DNA of 64,000 nucleotides from an uncultured virus (IMG/VR IMGVR_UViG_3300025098_000027). Lineage: Duplodnaviria > Heunggongvirae > Uroviricota > Caudoviricetes. The stretch is taken from IMG/VR virus record IMGVR_UViG_3300025098_000027. One strand, written 5' to 3'. This document shows positions 58,691 through 64,000 of this stretch, one piece after another. The position numbers and the translations under genes are program-made. The notes under the pieces are model-generated. The model worked only from the letters and a program-made list of their open reading frames with translations, searched no databases and was not told where the DNA came from. Every line of letters begins with the position of its first letter. Position 1 is the first letter of the stretch.

Positions 58691-59569
58691 ATGATTTTCT
58701 GTCTATACACTGATTATGGCGCACTAAACAGTAAGCCAGTGTTTGAAGCATTTGCAAAGAGTGTAATTGATGCTGGCCATACAGTCATATATAATGAGCC
58801 TTATAGAGTTGGCGGCCATTATAGTAACTATGACGTTGCCGTTATATGGAGTGTTCTATGGAACGGACGAATGGCACAAAACAAGACGGTATGGGAACAG
58901 AATCGTATGTTAAATAAACCTGTTATAGTATTAGAAGTTGGCGGCATTAATCGCGGCACAACTTGGAAAGTAGGATTAAATGGAATCAACAGAACTGCTT
59001 ACTTTGGTGACAAAGACAATGATAGGGTTAGGGCTGATAGCCTGGGACTGGTTTGTAAACCTTGGAGATCCAACGGCGATTATGTTTTAATATGTGGTCA
59101 ACACGACAAGAGTTTACAATGGCAAGGTATGCCTCGTATGAGCAACTGGTTCTTAAATACCTATGACGAAATACGTAAATACACTGACCGACCTATTATA
59201 TTTCGACCTCACCCACGATGTAGACTAGAACACATAGAACGTGGTCTTAAACACGTAACAAGACAGGAACCTAAACAAATTGCCAATACTTACGATGATT
59301 TTGATATGGGGTTTAATAATGTACATTGTACTATCAGCTACAGTAGTAACCCTGGCATACATAGTATCATCGCCGGCGTTCCTAGTTTTGTTAGCACTCA
59401 TAGTCTTGCTTATCCTGTAGCCAACGATATAGACTTTTTACACGATATTGAAAATCCTGTAATGCCAGATCGTACACAATGGCTGAACGACTACGCTCAT
59501 ACTGAATATACAGTTGACGAAATTTCTCAAGGCTTACCACTTAAACACTTGACATCTAAGATAGTTTAG
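58691..59569 (+). CDS. KpsS/KpsC-like glycosyltransferase
   Basis: GGAG RBS. LICGQH, YTDRPIIFRPHP, YSSN.G..S...GVP, DR.QWLN. Confidence 0.55.
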   Translation: MIFCLYTDYGALNSKPVFEAFAKSVIDAGHTVIYNEPYRVGGHYSNYDVAVIWSVLWNGRMAQNKTVWEQNRMLNKPVIVLEVGGINRGTTWKVGLNGINRTAYFGDKDNDRVRADSLGLVCKPWRSNGDYVLICGQHDKSLQWQGMPRMSNWFLNTYDEIRKYTDRPIIFRPHPRCRLEHIERGLKHVTRQEPKQIANTYDDFDMGFNNVHCTISYSSNPGIHSIIAGVPSFVSTHSLAYPVANDIDFLHDIENPVMPDRTQWLNDYAHTEYTVDEISQGLPLKHLTSKIV

Positions 59570-59577
59570 CGTATACT
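59549..59577 (+). promoter_or_regulatory. Sigma70-type promoter, ATG 6 nt downstream (leaderless)
   Basis: TTGACA-17bp-TATACT-ACATAT-ATG. Confidence 0.7.
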
Positions 59578-59583
59578 ACATAT

Positions 59584-60801
59584 ATGTTTACAGTAGAAGA
59601 TTATATAGAACTCCTTACCGGATTCCAAGGTAGTGCAGACATAACACTAGATAGCAGTGACCATTCTCTTATGTTTAGTTTTGCAAAACAAATATCAAAT
59701 AGTATACCGTTCACTGACAGGCAGTGTGACCTTGCTAAAACAAAAATTAGTTATTACAAAGAACAACTTGAAAAAAATAACTATGAGGTAAATGATTTAT
59801 CGCAGTTGCGTATGCCATTGCGTTCTATTGACAGAAGTAGATGGATTAAGATTGTTGAATTAAATGATAACGAATTGTGGATAGGCATTAGATTTATTTT
59901 TCAAAAGAAATTAATTCTACAACTTGACAAATTAAAAAGATTAATGTCAGACTCACAAGACGCATTTTATGATAAAGAATATAAAATCCATTATTTTAAA
60001 TTAAGCGAAAGTAATGTATATGATGTAGTAAGCACATTTAAAGACATTACTAATTTTGAAGTTCAAGACGAACTTCTTGTATATTTTGAAAAGTTAAAAG
60101 AAATGAAAAACAACAAACAGAATTATATACCAGGCATATACGGAATGCAACTTAAAAACTTACATACTAAAAGTTTAGACTATGCTATTAGTAGTGTCGG
60201 TACTCCAACAGCAGATAATCTATGTCAATTTTACGATCAAAAAGATCGATTAGGATTATACCATTTTGATAAAGACGATTTACTTGAAAGTTTAAAACAT
60301 CTAACTCCGTTATCTCAAAAAATTGTTAATAGAGAGTCTCACCAAGTATTAGTTAATTCATCACAATACACAATTAATAATTTAGCAGAAGTAATACTTG
60401 AATTATATCGTTTTCCTTTAGTAATAGTTTTAAATGAAAAACAATGTTATGACGAATTAGTACAGTTTCATAGAGCGTTTAGTGGTATAATACCAAATGA
60501 ACGTTGTAGTGTATTATTTAGATTAGATAATAATTCAGAAGGTGAGGAATTTAATCAATATATCAAAGCTAATAATCTTAATAATAAGGTTGACAATAAT
60601 ACAAAAATAGTGTATATTAGTAATAATAAAGTTCCGAAGCCTTTGTTAAAAAGTGATTGGTTACCGATTACTGCTATAACAACTTCCTCAAATAGAAGTG
60701 CTGGCGCAAAAACAGATGCATATATTGAGATGCTAGATCTTGTAATGCATTATGATTCTGATGTTAGTCCTTGGAAACGAAAACAAATAGAGACCCTTTA
60801 A
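59584..60801 (+). CDS. Hypothetical protein (405 aa)
   Basis: Long ORF coupled to uvsW by TAATG; no motif recognised. Confidence 0.65.
   Translation: MFTVEDYIELLTGFQGSADITLDSSDHSLMFSFAKQISNSIPFTDRQCDLAKTKISYYKEQLEKNNYEVNDLSQLRMPLRSIDRSRWIKIVELNDNELWIGIRFIFQKKLILQLDKLKRLMSDSQDAFYDKEYKIHYFKLSESNVYDVVSTFKDITNFEVQDELLVYFEKLKEMKNNKQNYIPGIYGMQLKNLHTKSLDYAISSVGTPTADNLCQFYDQKDRLGLYHFDKDDLLESLKHLTPLSQKIVNRESHQVLVNSSQYTINNLAEVILELYRFPLVIVLNEKQCYDELVQFHRAFSGIIPNERCSVLFRLDNNSEGEEFNQYIKANNLNNKVDNNTKIVYISNNKVPKPLLKSDWLPITAITTSSNRSAGAKTDAYIEMLDLVMHYDSDVSPWKRKQIETL
60590..60618 (+). promoter_or_regulatory. Sigma70-like promoter inside a CDS, upstream of uvsW
   Basis: TTGACA-17bp-TATATT. Confidence 0.5.
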
Positions 60802-62264
60802 TGGCAACTTGCAAACTAATAATTGAAGATGAAGTAAACATTAAGCTAGAAGGACTAGAGGTTGATGTACGGAGAAAGCTCGCGAATGCTCTTAAGTTTG
60901 AAGTGCCATACGCAAAGTATATGCCACAATATAAACTTGGTCGATGGGACGGCAAAGTTGCTTTCTTTGGTATTGGCGGTACTGGCTATGTTAATCATCT
61001 TGATGTTGTTAGTGAAGTTTTGCAAAAAAATAATGTACAAATAATAGACATTGAAGACAATAGACATCCTATACAATTTGACTTCCAACCAGTAACAGAA
61101 CGTTATTGGGCTGATCAAAATGTACGTTGGCCAAAAGGACATCCTGCAGAAGGTGAAGAAATTATTCTGCGTGACTATCAAGTAGAGTCAATTAACAACT
61201 TTTTAAAACATCCACAGAGCTTGCAACAGATTGCTACTGGTGCAGGTAAAACAATTACTACAGCAACACTTTCACATATAACTGAGCCGTATGGACGTAG
61301 TCTTATTATCGTGCCTAACAAGAGTCTTGTTACACAAACAGAGGAAGACTATATTAACTGCGGGCTCGATGCTGGGGTGTACTTCGGCGACAGAAAAGAG
61401 TTAGGTAAGACTCACACTATTTGCACTTGGCAGAGTTTGAATATACTCGACAAGAAGCACAAGGACGGAACAGCAGTATTATCATTAGCTGAGTTCTTAG
61501 ATGGTGTAAGCACTATTATTGTCGACGAAGTACACCAGGCTAAAGCAGAAGTACTAAAGAATTTACTTACACGTAATTTAAAGAACGCTCCGATACGTTG
61601 GGGACTAACAGGCACTGTGCCAAGAGAGAAGTTTGAGTTTGAAAGTATTCACGCTAGTCTTGGTCCTGTAATTGGTCAAATTAGTGCTAAAGAATTACAA
61701 GACAAGGGTGTACTATCACAATGTCACGTTAACGTAGTACAATTATTAGATACACAATCACATTCAGATTATCAATCAGAATTAAAATATTTAACAACAA
61801 ATCAGGCAAGATTAGAATACATAGGCAAATTATTAAGCACAGTAAAAGAATCAGGAAACACACTTATACTTGTAGATAGAATTAGTGCTGGGGAAATACT
61901 TCAAGAACTAATACCAGGTAGTGTGTTTGTAAAGGGCGATGTAAAATTAAAAGATCGCAAGGAAGCATATGATGAAATTAATGAAGGAACTAACCACGTG
62001 GTTATCGCAACATACGGAGTCGCGGCTGTTGGTATTAATATACCGCGTATTTTTAATCTTGTTCTGCTTGAGCCTGGCAAAAGTTTTGTCAGGGTAATTC
62101 AAAGTATTGGTAGAGGCGTTCGTAAGGCAAAAGACAAAGACTTTGTACAAATTTGGGATATCACATCATCGTGCAAATTTGCAAAGAGACATTTAACACA
62201 ACGTAAAAAATTCTATAAGGAAGCACAGTATCCTTTCACTATAGAAAAAGTAGATTGGAACTAA
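60801..62264 (+). CDS. uvsW: SF2 DNA helicase UvsW
   Basis: LRDYQ, ATGAGKT, IIVDEVH, GLTGT, GINIP, QSIGRG.R. Confidence 0.9.
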   Translation: MATCKLIIEDEVNIKLEGLEVDVRRKLANALKFEVPYAKYMPQYKLGRWDGKVAFFGIGGTGYVNHLDVVSEVLQKNNVQIIDIEDNRHPIQFDFQPVTERYWADQNVRWPKGHPAEGEEIILRDYQVESINNFLKHPQSLQQIATGAGKTITTATLSHITEPYGRSLIIVPNKSLVTQTEEDYINCGLDAGVYFGDRKELGKTHTICTWQSLNILDKKHKDGTAVLSLAEFLDGVSTIIVDEVHQAKAEVLKNLLTRNLKNAPIRWGLTGTVPREKFEFESIHASLGPVIGQISAKELQDKGVLSQCHVNVVQLLDTQSHSDYQSELKYLTTNQARLEYIGKLLSTVKESGNTLILVDRISAGEILQELIPGSVFVKGDVKLKDRKEAYDEINEGTNHVVIATYGVAAVGINIPRIFNLVLLEPGKSFVRVIQSIGRGVRKAKDKDFVQIWDITSSCKFAKRHLTQRKKFYKEAQYPFTIEKVDWN

Positions 62265-62269
62265 AATAT

Positions 62270-62776
62270 ATGCAAATACTAACATTAGAAAACGAAACGT
62301 TTCCATTAAAACAAATACCAGAAGAACTTGAAGAAGAAGTTCGATTTGCGGTATTAGACAATAGTGATCCTAAAAATCCTGACTTCTTTTTTGTACCAAT
62401 GATCTTTTTAGAATCATTTAGTGCGCCAGCAATGGTATTAGAAATTAATGGTCACGAAATTACAATGCCAGTTGATTGGCACATAGCTGTTGGAGACAGT
62501 ACAAGTGGCAACGACTTAGAAGTACTACCTTTAACATCAATTAACGATAGGGGCTTTGAAGCATTTTTATTCAATCCTTTATCGAGTTATAAGTTTGACT
62601 TTGGAGACATTAAGATAACTAATTTTTATTCAGATGTAAAATGGTATTTTCCTAAAGTTAAAAACGGACAGCTACTTGGTGTTCCCCTTACTAAAGATCC
62701 AAAGTCGGTCTGTGCTTACTTTATTAAGGATATAAGTAGACAAAGCGAAGTAATAGATTATACAAACTTATTATAA
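62270..62776 (+). CDS. Hypothetical protein
   Basis: ATG at 62270; 168-aa beta-rich ORF. Confidence 0.6.
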   Translation: MQILTLENETFPLKQIPEELEEEVRFAVLDNSDPKNPDFFFVPMIFLESFSAPAMVLEINGHEITMPVDWHIAVGDSTSGNDLEVLPLTSINDRGFEAFLFNPLSSYKFDFGDIKITNFYSDVKWYFPKVKNGQLLGVPLTKDPKSVCAYFIKDISRQSEVIDYTNLL

Positions 62777-62787
62777 GGAAATGGAGA

Positions 62788-63156
62788 ATGACAATGAAAG
62801 CAGGTAAAATTTGGGGTCAAACGGAATTGATCCACGCTAACGGAGTATTAGAGTTTCACCGTATTGAATATAAAGGCGGCTACAAATGTAGCGAACACGA
62901 ACATCAATTTAAATGGAACGGCTTTTATGTAGAGTCAGGAAAGATGCTTGTGCGTGTTTGGCAAGACGACCAAGGACTAGTTGATGAAACTATTCTTGAA
63001 GCAGGAGACTTTACACAAGTAAAGCCAGGCAAGATCCACCAGTTTGAAGGTATCGAAGACGGTGTAGCATTTGAGCTATATTGGGCAGAGTTTAATCACA
63101 ACGATATTGTACGTAGAACAAGTGGAACAGCAATTGGCAAAACTAAAACCAAATGA
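62788..63156 (+). CDS. Cupin-domain protein
   Basis: CSEHEH..KWNGFYVESG...L.AGD...V.PG..HQF. Confidence 0.75.
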   Translation: MTMKAGKIWGQTELIHANGVLEFHRIEYKGGYKCSEHEHQFKWNGFYVESGKMLVRVWQDDQGLVDETILEAGDFTQVKPGKIHQFEGIEDGVAFELYWAEFNHNDIVRRTSGTAIGKTKTK

Positions 63157-63391
63157 AGCATTGATATACGAGCGTAACGATGGTGTTGTCTACGCTCGTT
63201 ATCAAAACAGGCCCGAGATACCTCGCTGGATTATAGGCGGAGACCCGGCAGGAGTTGCTAGAGCTCAAGGAGACTTAATAAGTTATGCCGAGTGGCAAGA
63301 ATTATGTGAGTTGTCAGAAGAATATCCAACACTAAAAAAACTATTAGATACCTTAGTAACAACTTATTATACAATTAAGGAACACAAATGA
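63134..63391 (+). CDS. Hypothetical protein, start uncertain (TTG at 63134)
   Basis: 3' part of the listed 63071..63391 ORF; contains IYER.DGVVYAR. Confidence 0.5.
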   Translation: MAKLKPNEALIYERNDGVVYARYQNRPEIPRWIIGGDPAGVARAQGDLISYAEWQELCELSEEYPTLKKLLDTLVTTYYTIKEHK

Positions 63392-63717
63392 AATACAGTG
63401 AATGGGATATAGGAGGCGATGTAGTTAAAAATGACAATCGTTATATTGTTAAAGATAATACTATGTTAAAAAATTTAGTTGTAAGCAGTACAATGTTATC
63501 AGCTCATAAAAGTACAACAGGACATAGACACGCTGGACAAGAAGAAGTGTATATGTTTGTTAAAGGTAGTGGACAAATGGAACTTGATCATAAAATATTC
63601 GATGTTACAGCAGGCGACACTGTACTAATTGAAGACAACGTATTCCACAAAGTACATAATAATACAGACTTTGGATTAAAATTTATTTGCGTATTTGACG
63701 GAGGAAGAAAACAATGA
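63388..63717 (+). CDS. Cupin_2-domain protein
   Basis: TTGHRHAGQEEVY.F..G.G...AGD.V.I....FHKVHN. Confidence 0.8.
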   Translation: MKYSEWDIGGDVVKNDNRYIVKDNTMLKNLVVSSTMLSAHKSTTGHRHAGQEEVYMFVKGSGQMELDHKIFDVTAGDTVLIEDNVFHKVHNNTDFGLKFICVFDGGRKQ

Positions 63718-64000
63718 GAATTATAGCAGGCCCTTGCCAACACGAATCATTAGCACACAGTGCAGAGATTGCTAAAGAATGTAAACGTGTATGCGACAAG
63801 TACGGTATTGAATATATATTTAAAGCAAGTTTTGATAAAGCAAATCGTAGTAGTATGCAGGGTAAGCGTGGTGTTGGACTAGAAGCAACTCTGACAGACT
63901 TTCTTGCTCTTAAAGTACAGTATGGTGTAAAGACATTAACTGATGTACATTCTGTAGAACAAATAAAATATATAGAAGCACAATTTAAAAATGCAGTTGA
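63714..64000 (+). CDS. kdsA: KDO8P synthase (2-dehydro-3-deoxyphosphooctonate aldolase), 3'-truncated and not in the ORF track
   Basis: Translates MRIIAGPCQHES...YIFKASFDKANRSS..GKRG.GLE...TLTDVH. KASFDKANRSS is the KdsA signature. GGAGG RBS and ATGA overlap. Confidence 0.9.
   Translation, partial: MRIIAGPCQHESLAHSAEIAKECKRVCDKYGIEYIFKASFDKANRSSMQGKRGVGLEATLTDFLALKVQYGVKTLTDVHSVEQIKYIEAQFKNAV

Noticed and set aside
49807..59569. Glycan island as a host-derived contaminant or chimeric assembly
   Set aside because: It overlaps uvsY (ATGA), uses the same TAAATA boxes and shows the same CATG avoidance as the core phage genes.
43295..62264. Inteins or introns in terL, uvsX or uvsW
   Set aside because: All have normal length and continuous motifs, with no splice-junction or homing-endonuclease signatures.
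1..64000. Stop-codon reassignment as in some large phages
   Set aside because: The standard code gives full-length genes at high density, and TAA, TAG and TGA all end genes at sensible positions.

Overview
This AT-rich 64 kb window comes from a large T4-related (myovirus, probably jumbo) bacteriophage genome and is almost entirely coding. 1-28.7 kb holds giant repetitive virion fibre/appendage genes: three paralogous beta-helix proteins of about 1800-2466 aa, an S74-chaperoned fibre, three glycine-rich modular adhesin-like proteins and a fibre ending in a cupredoxin domain. 28.7-46.8 kb holds the neck (gp13/14/15-like), tail sheath, tail tube, gp4-like nuclease and the small and large terminase. 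47-49.8 kb holds gp32, UvsX and UvsY. 49.8-59.6 kb is a dense glycan-biosynthesis island: GT-A glycosyltransferases, five KpsS/KpsC-like domains, a GSCFA protein, methyltransferases and a cytidylyltransferase-cupin. UvsW, cupins and a KDO8P synthase (kdsA) running off the right edge follow. The most notable signals are (i) a possible phage-encoded Kdo-glycan pathway under late promoters, (ii) apparent absence of CATG, (iii) TAAATA-N5-ATG leaderless late genes, (iv) phycobiliprotein-like C-x-R-D helical repeats inside a fibre protein, and (v) a Gly-rich adhesin array with conserved DNA boxes. All calls come from motif recognition by eye; no database searches were run. No tRNA, rRNA, CRISPR array, integrase or reverse transcriptase was recognised.
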